A stretch of DNA of 56,577 bases, taken from the IMG/VR virus record IMGVR_UViG_3300048855_000094, positions 1 to 56,577 of that record; one strand, given 5' to 3'. The notes below the pieces were generated by a model that searched no databases, was not told the origin of the DNA, and was given only the letters and a program-made list of their open reading frames with translations. The stretch is from a virus (taxonomy: Duplodnaviria > Caudoviricetes). Position 1 is the first letter of the stretch; each line of letters starts with the position of its first letter. Both the position numbers and the translations under genes were made by a program. Below, piece after piece: positions 1 to 9,208 of the stretch.

Positions 1-39
1 CGACACGGTTTGGGAAGGTTCAGCGTCAGAAGTGCTACC

Positions 40-126
40 GCCCTGATGGTGAAATTGGTAGACACACCGGACTTAAAATCCGTCGTCCGAAAGGATGTGC
101 CGGTTCGACTCCGGCTCGGGGCACCA
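40..126 (+). tRNA. tRNA-Leu(TAA), prophage integration target
   Basis: Cloverleaf: acceptor stem GCCCTGA/TCGGGGC, D-loop TGGTAGAC, anticodon loop CTTAAAA, long variable arm, T-arm GCCGG-TTCGACT-CCGGC, encoded ACCA end. Confidence 0.95.
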
Positions 127-127
127 T
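103..127 (+). repeat. attL core (tRNA 3' end)
   Basis: GTTCGACTCCGGCTCGGGGCACCAT, repeated at 56060-56084 with one mismatch. Confidence 0.93.
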
Positions 128-163
128 ATTCGATTCTCATGCCCTCTCAGGCATGCTCAAAAG

Positions 164-195
164 ACCCCGCTGGCGCAGGCCAAGCGGGGTTTTTT
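164..195 (+). terminator. Intrinsic terminator after the tRNA (phage-supplied)
   Basis: ACCCCGCT...AGCGGGGT stem followed by a T-tract. Confidence 0.8.
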
Positions 196-288
196 GTTCT
201 TGGGCGTCCGCAACTCTTCTCACGCCTGCTCAGAATTTTTAGTACATTTATCAGCACATTCTGAATTCGATTATGTGGTGATGTACTA

Positions 289-1515
289 ATGCCCCTCACA
301 GACACGGCCGTCCGGCAAGCAAAGCCCCGCGACAAGGACTACAGCCTCACTGACTCGGCCGGGCTGTCGCTGTTCGTTGCTGCAAAGGGCGCGAAGTCGT
401 GGCATTTCCGGTTCTCCTGGCACGGCCGCCAACCGCGCATCTCCCTCGGCACTTACCCTGAAGTCAGCCTCAAGCAAGCACGCGAACGCCGAGACCAGGC
501 CCGGTCGCTCATAGCAAAAGGAGTAGACCCGCGATCCGCCCGGCGTGAAGAAAAGCTGACCGCCGGCACCGGTGCAGTGAAAACCTTCGAAGTTGTCGCT
601 GAAGAATGGCATGCCTTCAAGTCACCGCGCATGACGGCGGCCCGGAAAGGCGGTGCAACTCAATCGCGCATGTACCTGGACAAAGACCTCATTCCGTCGC
701 TAGGCAAGTTGCCGATATCCGATATCCGTCGCAGCGATGTGCTGTCGACCATGCGAAGGGTTGAGGCCCGGGGCGCGTTGAATGTCGCGAGGAAGTGCCG
801 CTCGTGGCTGAATGAGATCTTCCGGTTCGCGATCGCCTCCGGCTACATAGAGCACAACCCTGCGTCCGACCTGGACATCGTCGCGGTGAAGGAACCGCCC
901 GAGAAGCACAACCCGATGCTTCGGCTGGCTGAGCTTCCCGAGTTTCTCAATGCGCTGCGGACGTTCACCGGCGCCGAATACACGCGCAGCGCGGTGAGGA
1001 TATTGCTGTTGACCGGCGTTCGCACTGGCGAGCTTCGGTTCGCCACCCGCGATCAGTTCGACCTGAACAGCGGTCTGTGGACGATTCCGCCGACAGGCGT
1101 GAAGCAGTTGCAGAAGTTGATACGAGGTAAGGATGGGGCGAAAGTGCCGCCTTATCTGGTGCCGCTGTCGCGGCAGGCGGTGGAGGAGATACGCAACGTC
1201 AAGGAAATGACCGGCGCCTACACACTGCTACTGCCGGGCCGAAGTGACCCGGCAAAGCCGATAAGCGACGGAACGGTCAACATGGCGTTGAAGCGTATGG
1301 GATATGAGGGCCGACTAACCGGGCACGGGATCCGCGCGACGATTTCGACTGCCCTGAACGAGATGGGTTACAACGAGGATTGGATCGAGGCGCAGCTGTC
1401 GCACGCCGGATCAAGCAAGATCCGGAAGACGTACAACCATGCAGAGTACGTGGAGCAAAGGCGGGAGATGATGCAGAACTGGGCTGACTACCTGGACAAG
1501 GTCGAGGCCAGTTAG
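289..1515 (+). CDS. int: Tyrosine integrase, P4-like, with N-terminal arm-binding domain
   Basis: MPLTDTAVRQAKP N-terminus, LLLTGVRTGELR (catalytic R), HGIR (HxxR), QLSH and YNHA (catalytic Y); adjacent to attL. Confidence 0.96.
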   Translation: MPLTDTAVRQAKPRDKDYSLTDSAGLSLFVAAKGAKSWHFRFSWHGRQPRISLGTYPEVSLKQARERRDQARSLIAKGVDPRSARREEKLTAGTGAVKTFEVVAEEWHAFKSPRMTAARKGGATQSRMYLDKDLIPSLGKLPISDIRRSDVLSTMRRVEARGALNVARKCRSWLNEIFRFAIASGYIEHNPASDLDIVAVKEPPEKHNPMLRLAELPEFLNALRTFTGAEYTRSAVRILLLTGVRTGELRFATRDQFDLNSGLWTIPPTGVKQLQKLIRGKDGAKVPPYLVPLSRQAVEEIRNVKEMTGAYTLLLPGRSDPAKPISDGTVNMALKRMGYEGRLTGHGIRATISTALNEMGYNEDWIEAQLSHAGSSKIRKTYNHAEYVEQRREMMQNWADYLDKVEAS

Positions 1516-1727
1516 GGCACGCGCATGCGCGCCTCAGCCTTGCTCGTCGCCCATTGCTCGACCTCTGAACGTATCCAGGCAACAGCCTGTTCGCCGACCT
1601 TCGCCTGGCGGGGGAATCTCCCGCCGACGGCCATGCGGTAAATGGTTGCGGTGCTGAGCCCGGTGATGCGCCGCACTTCCGGCAGGCGGATGTACTCGAT
1701 TGGCTCGACTTTTTGAGCTGTGTTCAT
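1512..1727 (-). CDS. AlpA-family excisionase / recombination directionality factor
   Basis: IRLPEVRRITGLSTATIYR...FP...VAW AlpA signature; convergent on int. Confidence 0.88.
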   Translation of the reverse strand: MNTAQKVEPIEYIRLPEVRRITGLSTATIYRMAVGGRFPRQAKVGEQAVAWIRSEVEQWATSKAEARMRVP

Positions 1728-1749
1728 GGTGGCTACCTGCGTTCGGGGT

Positions 1750-2058
1750 CTATGCGGGTTCGAGTGGATTAAAGGCTTTGAGCGCGGCGTTGATGTTCGA
1801 AGCCAGCTTCTCCATCGGTTTCATGCTATCGGGCCTGGAGCCGATGCCTGTTTGGTCCATGTAGCCGCGCATCCGAATCACTATAGCAAGCAGTGTTTTG
1901 TTAGCTTCCTTTGCTCGCCAGTGCCGGCCCACAGCGTAAGAGGTGCTTTGGGACTGGATTGCTTCATCACCGAGGATGCCGATCCGTTCGACATGCTGTG
2001 AATGGATGGCTTTGATCAAGGCCTGGTCTTGCTGGTGGATCGGGTTTTCTTTTGACAC
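1750..2058 (-). CDS. Hypothetical phage protein
   Basis: 102-aa ORF in the leftward operon with a GGAG RBS. Confidence 0.5.
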   Translation of the reverse strand: MSKENPIHQQDQALIKAIHSQHVERIGILGDEAIQSQSTSYAVGRHWRAKEANKTLLAIVIRMRGYMDQTGIGSRPDSMKPMEKLASNINAALKAFNPLEPA

Positions 2059-2202
2059 AGGGAACTCCGGCCCGCCGTACCTCGGCAGGCATGGTAGGTG
2101 GGGAGGTAGTCCCTAAGCAGGGCGCATCGACAGATGCTCTTCACCGGTCACTGCATATCGGTTAAATTCGTCGTTCCGAAAGAGTTCGAGCACCTATAAG
2201 GA

Positions 2203-3216
2203 ATGGCAATGGAGTTGTCTGAGTTTTTGACCAACAACCGCGTAGACGCCAGCACATGGACGGCCGCGAACATCAGCTGGGAAGATTTGACGCTGATTTA
2301 TGATGATCACCAAAGCAGAATTCGGCAGTTAGAAGACACGGCTGATTTTTTCGTAAAAAGTATTCAAGCGTTTGAGGGGGTACATTCGGTTAGGTGGCGT
2401 GTAAAATCTCCTGAGCATTTGATTGAGAAAATAATTCGTAAGCGTGGTGCGGCTGAGCCCAGCGAACGATATATGTCTATTAATGTGCAGAACTATCATG
2501 AAGTGGTGACAGATCTCATCGGTGTAAGAGCGCTTCATCTGTTCAAAGATGACTGTCTGGTTATCCATGATCAGGTCTCAGAAATGTGGGATCTTCACGA
2601 ACGCGCCGTGTCTTATATTCGACAAGGGGACACAACTGATTTCGCTGCGGCGTTGGAGGAACGGGATATAGTCTCGAAAGATCATCCTGCAGGATATCGT
2701 TCAATTCACTATGTTCTGAAGACGAAGCCTGCGTCTCGAGAGACATTGGTAGAAGTGCAAGTAAGAACGGTCTTCGAGGAAGGCTGGTCTGAAATAGATC
2801 ACAAGGTTAGGTACCCTAATTTTTCCAAAAATAGTCAGGTTGAAGATGTTCTCAAGGTGTTCAATCGATTAGCCGGGAGCGCAGATGAGATGGCTGGTTT
2901 CATCAGAAGCCTGAGCTTCGAGCTCGATCTGATGGACAAAGAAGTCGATGCAATAGCCCTAGAGCGAGACTCCGCGTTAGAGGAAATGCAGAAGCTCTTG
3001 ACACAGCTCGCAGATACTCAGGAGACGAAGGCCGAAATGGTCGCGAAAGCCGACCTGCTTCAAAAAGAGCTTAATAAGGTCAAGAAAGCTATAAACCAGA
3101 AGGCGGAGCATGACAGTAAGCTCCGAACCAAGGTGGCTATCAATAACCCCTGGGTTCTTACTGCCGAAGGGGTAAGTGGGCGGAATAAGTACCTTGTTAA
3201 ATCTTTCAAAGGGTAA
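2203..3216 (+). CDS. RelA/SpoT-domain small alarmone synthetase-like protein with C-terminal coiled coil
   Basis: Synthetase motifs RVKS, DLIGVR, GYRSIHY and EVQVRT...WSEIDH; AT-richer than flanks; opposite strand to the surrounding operon. Confidence 0.9.
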   Translation: MAMELSEFLTNNRVDASTWTAANISWEDLTLIYDDHQSRIRQLEDTADFFVKSIQAFEGVHSVRWRVKSPEHLIEKIIRKRGAAEPSERYMSINVQNYHEVVTDLIGVRALHLFKDDCLVIHDQVSEMWDLHERAVSYIRQGDTTDFAAALEERDIVSKDHPAGYRSIHYVLKTKPASRETLVEVQVRTVFEEGWSEIDHKVRYPNFSKNSQVEDVLKVFNRLAGSADEMAGFIRSLSFELDLMDKEVDAIALERDSALEEMQKLLTQLADTQETKAEMVAKADLLQKELNKVKKAINQKAEHDSKLRTKVAINNPWVLTAEGVSGRNKYLVKSFKG

Positions 3217-3223
3217 TGTCTGT

Positions 3224-3418
3224 CAATCGCCGCAGTAGCACACAATGTTTGGTGGTAGTCGGCGAACATGTGGAATTGGTGTTGGGATAATTGAGCATCT
3301 GCTGATAGCTCGGGCGGTCGTCGCTGTCCAGCACTTGGCGCAGCATGTACGCGCTGGTCCGGCCGCCGGAAAATCTGACAACCGTCGTCCCGGACATTTT
3401 GTAGGGGACAGGGTTCAT
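3224..3418 (-). pseudogene. Internally deleted PAPS-reductase-like phage gene
   Basis: N-terminal PP-loop FSGGRTSAYML joined directly to C-terminal-type sequence (DRPSYQQML, then MFAD and CYCGD* in shifted frames). Confidence 0.7.
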
Positions 3419-3463
3419 CCTCGCCAGTGGGGTGATTCATGATTGGGCAGAAGAGGGCGGAGG

Positions 3464-5653
3464 TCAGGCCGCCACAGCTTGCCGCTGAGTAGCCCGCCAT
3501 GGATCGTTGGCCCGCGCGAGCGCGGCCATCGGCGGCGGGCTGACACTATTCCCGCACATGTGGACCTGCTCCGTCTTCGTGAACGCCTTCCCGTCGGCAC
3601 CATGCGTAATGATGTAATCCGGCGGAAAGCCCTGCGCCCGGTACAACTCGGCCGGTTGCAGCATCCGCAGTCGGATGTCGACGATCACATAGGGCGTGCC
3701 CTTGACCATGACGGTGACCAGGCCGAGTCGATCCTTTGTGGTGATCGTCGGGGTAGGCTGGTCGCAGCCGCTCATGTTCTCCGTGCCGTAGTAACTGATC
3801 AGGAAGGCAGCAACACGCAACGCGCCTTCTTCGTGCTCTGGCGACAACTCAAAGCTGACCATCGAGCTCTTGCCTCCGCCGCCTGCCGTGATGGTCGGTG
3901 CGGGCTCATCCAGGTGCTGGCCGACGCTGGCGCCAAACTGGCGCTCCATGAAAGCGGTGACGAGTCCGTGATGAGTTCCGCCGGCGCTGACCGTATGGAG
4001 TGGATCGGCGGCGCCCCGGGCGTCGCAATTGCCACGCAGGTGCAGGAGATGCGCCGTGGCGAGCATCTGGTGTTGCCCGGTCGTGAGCGTCGGTACCGGT
4101 CCTACGATATCTGACGGAGCGTGGCCGGTAGTGTTGGTGACCAGCGTTGCCGTCACCAGCTGTTGCTGGCTGCCGGTATTGGTGACGGTGGTTACCGGGT
4201 CCTCAAGGCTTTTCGCTACGGTGGTGTTGAAGCCGCCGTTCATCTGCGCCATCAAGGCGGTGGCGATGCCCATGGCGTGCGCCGCGCCGGCCGGGCGCTG
4301 ATAGTTGCCGCCGCCGGTGATTGTCGGCAGCGGCTCGTCCAACGCTTTGCCTTCGTCGTTAAACCTGAACTTCACCAGGTGCGCAGCGGCGAGCGCGTGC
4401 TTCACGCCCCCGGCGACGATTGTACCCAGCGGTTGATCCAATCCCGGCACGCGCGGTTGCTGGCCTTCGCGCTCCCCATAACCGGTTTGGATAAGCGTGG
4501 GACTGATCAATGTCAGCTCGCCGCGGTTGGCGCAGGTTACCGTCGGCAGCGGCTGAAGTGGGTCGTTGATACGGTCGCTGCCCTGATGCGTGGCCGGTGC
4601 GATTATTGGGCTCACCACCGAGAATGCGCCACCTTTCGGGTAAGACGTCACGGTGCGCAGCGGCTCGTTCAGCGACTGTACCGTCTCAGTCGACCAGTTC
4701 GCGATCGGCACAATAAACGGGGCAGGGTGGTCGATGACAAACTTCCTCATGCCCCTGGCGATTCGGCGTTTGGTGGCGTCGGCCAGCTCATCCTTGCGGC
4801 CGAAAATGCTCTTACCCAAATCGCTGAAGTCGATGCACTCGGCGGCGGTGCGGTACCTCAGCTGGCCCTTGCCGGGCTTCTTCGCGTGGGTCGGCTCCGG
4901 CCAGACGATCGGCAGTCCGTCGCTCCGAGCGATCATGAACAGGCGTTCGCGGCTGGTGGGCGCGCCGAAGTCGCACGCTTTAATCACTCGCCATTCGACC
5001 ACGTAACCGTGCTGCTCCAGCAGCTCCACAAAACGCTTCCAGGTGCTGCCTTTGCGCTTGGGGTTCGGGACGAGGAATTGCTCACCCACAGGAACAATCT
5101 CGCCGGGTGCGGCAACCACCTTCAGCAGCACTTCTTTGCCCTTTTTGTTCACGCCTGGCACCAGCTTGATGATGCGGCCGGTCGCTTTGTCGCGCTTGGC
5201 GATCAGCGGACCCCATTGCAGGATCTGCTTCACGTTTTCCAGGCTGATGACTCGAGGCCGCTTCTTGCCGGCCCACTTCAAACCGATCCACGACAGGTTG
5301 CGGATCTCGCGCTTGCGGGGCTGACCTCCGGCAGCCTGGCTGTGGTGTGTGCAGTCGGGCGACATGTGGAACCATCCGACCGCTTTTCCGCCGCACTCGG
5401 TGTCCGGATCACCATCAAACACGTCGGTGGTGATGTGCTTGGCGCCTGGGTGGTTGATGGTGTGCATGCTGATCGCTTTGGCGCTGTGGTTCTTCGCCAC
5501 GCTGACCTTGCGCCCGAGGCCCATTTCCAGCCCGGTACCGGCGCCGCCACCGCCGCAGAAGAAGTCCACGACGATCTCCTCGTCTTGCGGGTCGAAGCCG
5601 AGGCCGTACTGCGTTTTGAAATCGAACGGATGTTTCTTCTGATGTGCGGACAT
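3464..5653 (-). CDS. DNA (cytosine-5) methyltransferase
   Basis: Motif I DFFCGGGG, IV SPDCTH, VI ENV, VIII PTSRERLF, IX RML...EL..AQGFP, X GNSV. Confidence 0.93.
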   Translation of the reverse strand: MSAHQKKHPFDFKTQYGLGFDPQDEEIVVDFFCGGGGAGTGLEMGLGRKVSVAKNHSAKAISMHTINHPGAKHITTDVFDGDPDTECGGKAVGWFHMSPDCTHHSQAAGGQPRKREIRNLSWIGLKWAGKKRPRVISLENVKQILQWGPLIAKRDKATGRIIKLVPGVNKKGKEVLLKVVAAPGEIVPVGEQFLVPNPKRKGSTWKRFVELLEQHGYVVEWRVIKACDFGAPTSRERLFMIARSDGLPIVWPEPTHAKKPGKGQLRYRTAAECIDFSDLGKSIFGRKDELADATKRRIARGMRKFVIDHPAPFIVPIANWSTETVQSLNEPLRTVTSYPKGGAFSVVSPIIAPATHQGSDRINDPLQPLPTVTCANRGELTLISPTLIQTGYGEREGQQPRVPGLDQPLGTIVAGGVKHALAAAHLVKFRFNDEGKALDEPLPTITGGGNYQRPAGAAHAMGIATALMAQMNGGFNTTVAKSLEDPVTTVTNTGSQQQLVTATLVTNTTGHAPSDIVGPVPTLTTGQHQMLATAHLLHLRGNCDARGAADPLHTVSAGGTHHGLVTAFMERQFGASVGQHLDEPAPTITAGGGGKSSMVSFELSPEHEEGALRVAAFLISYYGTENMSGCDQPTPTITTKDRLGLVTVMVKGTPYVIVDIRLRMLQPAELYRAQGFPPDYIITHGADGKAFTKTEQVHMCGNSVSPPPMAALARANDPWRATQRQAVAA

Positions 5654-5874
5654 AGGGGATCCTGGCCAGTTGAATGATTTCGAGAAGTAAGGTTTTAGCG
5701 CTCAGTCCCTCCTGCAGAATTAAGGGAGGCTGTGGCGTGTTATCGAATCAGCAATAGCATCAGTGAAATTGCATGAACGGCGGGCTTGCCCGGCTCCGTG
5801 GAACTAGCGAAGATGGTGGTAATGCGGTATCTCTGTGCCACCACGGCTAGCAGATCAGATTAACGGAGCAGCAA

Positions 5875-7125
5875 ATGACGGAAGATGAGCTTTTTGGCGG
5901 GTCTAGGGGTGAAGCTGCATTTGTGGAAGCAATAAAAGCGATTTTCCGGCATCTCAAAGTGACCGATATCGAAGTTATCGATAACGCGGCGAAATGTAAC
6001 TTCAGAGGTACCTCAGTTCTCGTCACAAGGTCAGAGCTTGTCGACTATTTTCTTTTTAAGTCGCTCGTCAAAGAGCGCACCGAGACTAGTGTCAGTGCAG
6101 ATGGATATCTTGAACAAGCTGTAGATGTCCACGGCAATGGTCCTGCGGCGTACAGGGTGTTTCGCGAAAATCGCGACATTGTTTTACAGCATGAGCAGTC
6201 AGGCTTCTCAGCGGAGCTCGGACCAATATCGACAAAGTTCGCGCTTCTATTAATCGACACTGAGAAGATGAGTTCCGATCTCCGGAGAATGATCTACCTC
6301 AGGTCACCTCGCGCGCGCGGAGAAAGCACCTTAAGCGAGTTTTTTTCGCGATTTCAAACGTTAAAAGTAATCGCCCCATCCGGCCATGCGTTAGGAAAAA
6401 ATCCAAAGCAACTGAAGTTGATTGGGGAAGCTACCTTATTTCATATTTCGTACGGTACAGGGATGGCGTTGATCGAGCTCAAGAGCTGGGAGCGCTCTTT
6501 TTTTCGATTGGCGAGTAATCGCACCGAATCTGTGCAGTTTCCGCTGCAAACATATAATCAAGAGCTCGTCGCTTATTATCAAATGGCCGTAGGTGCTGAG
6601 AGTCTGATACTTTCTTATCTAACCCTCTACAAGATTTTAGAGTACTTCTATACGGATGCTTCAGAGCACGTGCTGCATAAAAAAATCAAAGATCAGTTAT
6701 TGGCCCCTGACTTTTCGCATACCAAAGTAGCGAAGCTTAGAGATTTGGCTAAGATTGTAAGATCTTTTGACAATAAGATGAACGAAAAAGGAATGCTGCA
6801 GACGGTGCTTGAACAGAGGATTGATAAGGAAGAACTGAAGGTTTGGATCGAACGCTTCGAAGTGGAGTTCGGGCAGCACTTTACTGAAAATCATGAAATT
6901 TTTGGCAAGACCCAGAAAGTTGATCTTTCAGATAATCAAATTTTCCCTGGTATTAGCGCGCGTATTTACCAGATTCGAAACGCGCTTGTTCATAATAAAG
7001 AGGGAGAGGAGTCTCGATTTACACCATTTTCCGGGCAGGAGGGGATATTGACAAAGGAAGCTCCGCTCCTGCTCAGAATTGCGGAAGAACTTATCCAAAA
7101 ATCTGGAAAGGATATTCATCTGTGA
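5875..7125 (+). CDS. HEPN-like (RxxxxH) accessory protein
   Basis: YLTLYKILEYF helix and C-terminal IRNALVH motif; AT-rich insertion on the opposite strand. Confidence 0.65.
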   Translation: MTEDELFGGSRGEAAFVEAIKAIFRHLKVTDIEVIDNAAKCNFRGTSVLVTRSELVDYFLFKSLVKERTETSVSADGYLEQAVDVHGNGPAAYRVFRENRDIVLQHEQSGFSAELGPISTKFALLLIDTEKMSSDLRRMIYLRSPRARGESTLSEFFSRFQTLKVIAPSGHALGKNPKQLKLIGEATLFHISYGTGMALIELKSWERSFFRLASNRTESVQFPLQTYNQELVAYYQMAVGAESLILSYLTLYKILEYFYTDASEHVLHKKIKDQLLAPDFSHTKVAKLRDLAKIVRSFDNKMNEKGMLQTVLEQRIDKEELKVWIERFEVEFGQHFTENHEIFGKTQKVDLSDNQIFPGISARIYQIRNALVHNKEGEESRFTPFSGQEGILTKEAPLLLRIAEELIQKSGKDIHL

Positions 7126-7603
7126 ATTGCGACGTGTGGCACAAAAACAGCCGGCGTGCATTTTGACGTCCTACCAATCCGCCGTTGTAAAAGCTGTGCT
7201 AAGAAGACGCGTCGACGTCTCTGCCACCGGAAGGTCGGTAGCTGGTGTAATTGATTGCACTGGCCGTGGCTGTGGGAACGCCCGGGCAGTGATACTTTCG
7301 GTGTGATAGCACAGGCCTCTATTCAGGTTCGAGACTTGTCCGTCGATTGCCGCGGTTTGGTCTCGAGCCTTAAGCGAAGACCCTAAGATGGGGGAAGTGC
7401 CCTGCGCTTAGCTCCCCACTGGAAGGAAGCGTCGGTGATGACCAGACTGCCTCAAGTCCGGGAGGCACTGAGCCGCGCGATCACGTCAGTTGGCAACTTC
7501 CTGCGGCTCCCCTAGCAGGCCAGGCCTCCGACAGTTCGGTGGCGAACAGATTGGGAATGGGCTATACGTATTGGCCGGCAAGGGCCCGGCCGAAGGAGGG
7601 ATC

Positions 7604-8308
7604 ATGGGAAAGAAGCTTGAAATTCTAGGCGGCCTGGCCACAGCGGTATACCTGATTATCATCATTGCGTTTTTAGCTACAAGATTTGGAGAGTTTGCAT
7701 CACTAAAGCTTAACGAGTTGGGTGATTTCTTGGCTGGTTCATTTGGGCCTATCGCTTTTCTGTGGCTTGTTTTAGGGTTTCTACAGCAGGGTCGGGAACT
7801 AAAGTTAAGTACTGACGCACTTCACCTTCAAGCTCAGGAGCTAAAGCATTCCGTAGAACAGCAGTCGATCATGGCGGATGCTGCTGTTAGGCAGATTGAG
7901 GCAGCTCGCCAGGCTTTGGATCTGCAAATACAAGATGCCGAACGCGCGGTGGTAGCTGACTTCGAAGTTACACCATCATTGAAGTCAGGTAAGGACGGGC
8001 TGGTACTTAATAGGATAAAAATTCTGAATAATAAAAATAATGCCTACCGGGTCACTAGCGAATTCCGTGGGGATCTTCCATTTTCTGACCATCGTAACCA
8101 CGGAACGATGAAAGAGGGGGCTCAAGTAGAGGTGGAGATATTGTTTCCGCCGGGATCAAGTGATGGCAAGGGTGGTGAGTTATTAGTCATGTATGAAGAT
8201 GTAAATTCTACTACCAGAATCGACGTATTTATCGTGAAAGTCACTTCAGAAGATTGGCTAAAAATAGATAAAGTCCGAAACAAAAGCTCCCGACTAGTTA
8301 AGGTTTAG
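7604..8308 (+). CDS. Two-TM membrane protein with coiled coil and C-terminal soluble domain
   Basis: Two hydrophobic helices flanking LNELGDFLAG; Gln-rich coiled coil; GGAGGG RBS before ATG 7604. Confidence 0.75.
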   Translation: MGKKLEILGGLATAVYLIIIIAFLATRFGEFASLKLNELGDFLAGSFGPIAFLWLVLGFLQQGRELKLSTDALHLQAQELKHSVEQQSIMADAAVRQIEAARQALDLQIQDAERAVVADFEVTPSLKSGKDGLVLNRIKILNNKNNAYRVTSEFRGDLPFSDHRNHGTMKEGAQVEVEILFPPGSSDGKGGELLVMYEDVNSTTRIDVFIVKVTSEDWLKIDKVRNKSSRLVKV

Positions 8309-9178
8309 ATAATAAAAATAGGTAAGATCTCGCGCGATCGTTGACAAGCAAGATGGCGCGGTGGTGTCATGCGGCAAAACTACCCAGCTATAGTTTGCCG
8401 CAGATCCAATCTTGCTTTCCAGCACTGCTTTAAACTCGTGAGCGATCGCCTCTCGCTGTAGCTCTTCGCCAACCCAGCGCAACTTCAGCACCGGCACCGA
8501 TCCGCTGGTAATCACAGAAATGCGCAGCGTGATCTGCTGCTCGGCCAGTCCCTCAAACGGCACCACATTAAACTGCAAAGCCGCCGGCAGTGTTTCTTTG
8601 CTCCGCGCCTCGATCTGGTCCATCGCACTCCGGCTGGCGCTGGTGTCACCGACGGTTGTCTCCGACTCGCTGGTGGCCTTGATGGTGATCGTGCGTACTG
8701 CGGCGATGGCTTTGGCGATCGGAATCGCGGTGCCTGCTTCGTCGACCGGTGTCAGGTACTGGTGCCAGTCCTCGATCCAGTCGCTCAGGTCCTTCTGCGC
8801 AAGACGGTTACCCGCAATTTGCTGCGCGGCGGTGTACCCGGCAGTTGGCTTGAGCTTCAGCACCGCGCGGTCATCGGCGTGACCAGGTGCTGATGTGGTG
8901 CCGAGGTTGAACAGCAGAACGCAGCTCATTTCTTCCTGATTGATGAAACCCCGAGCGTCAGCCTCGGCGCGGTCGGTGACATACGCGCTGAAGTCCGCCA
9001 GCGAGTGAGTGGCGTAGGTGCCTCGGAAACGGCTGCGGCCGGCCTGGTATTTCTCCAGATCCACAACTTTGATGCCTTCCGGAAGCAATGCAGTGGGCGT
9101 ATCAGTAGGCAGCGCCTTGCCGGTGGCTTCCAGCGAGGTGTCGGTGATGAGTTGTATCGCTTCTTTGCTCAGGGACAT
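8294..9178 (-). CDS. DUF2303/YfdQ-family phage protein
   Basis: RSRFRG, FNLG...PGHADD, WIEDW and AVRTITI motifs; C-terminus probably frameshifted. Confidence 0.8.
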   Translation of the reverse strand: MSLSKEAIQLITDTSLEATGKALPTDTPTALLPEGIKVVDLEKYQAGRSRFRGTYATHSLADFSAYVTDRAEADARGFINQEEMSCVLLFNLGTTSAPGHADDRAVLKLKPTAGYTAAQQIAGNRLAQKDLSDWIEDWHQYLTPVDEAGTAIPIAKAIAAVRTITIKATSESETTVGDTSASRSAMDQIEARSKETLPAALQFNVVPFEGLAEQQITLRISVITSGSVPVLKLRWVGEELQREAIAHEFKAVLESKIGSAANYSWVVLPHDTTAPSCLSTIARDLTYFYYLNLN

Positions 9179-9208
9179 TTCACAGGTCTCGTACGGGGAA
9201 AGGTGGTG

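Noticed and set aside
10-289. ORFs 10-264 and 95-289
   Set aside because: They overlap the tRNA, attL and terminator; spurious
4121-5677. 518-aa plus-strand ORF
   Set aside because: Antisense shadow of the methyltransferase, expected in GC-rich coding DNA; no motifs
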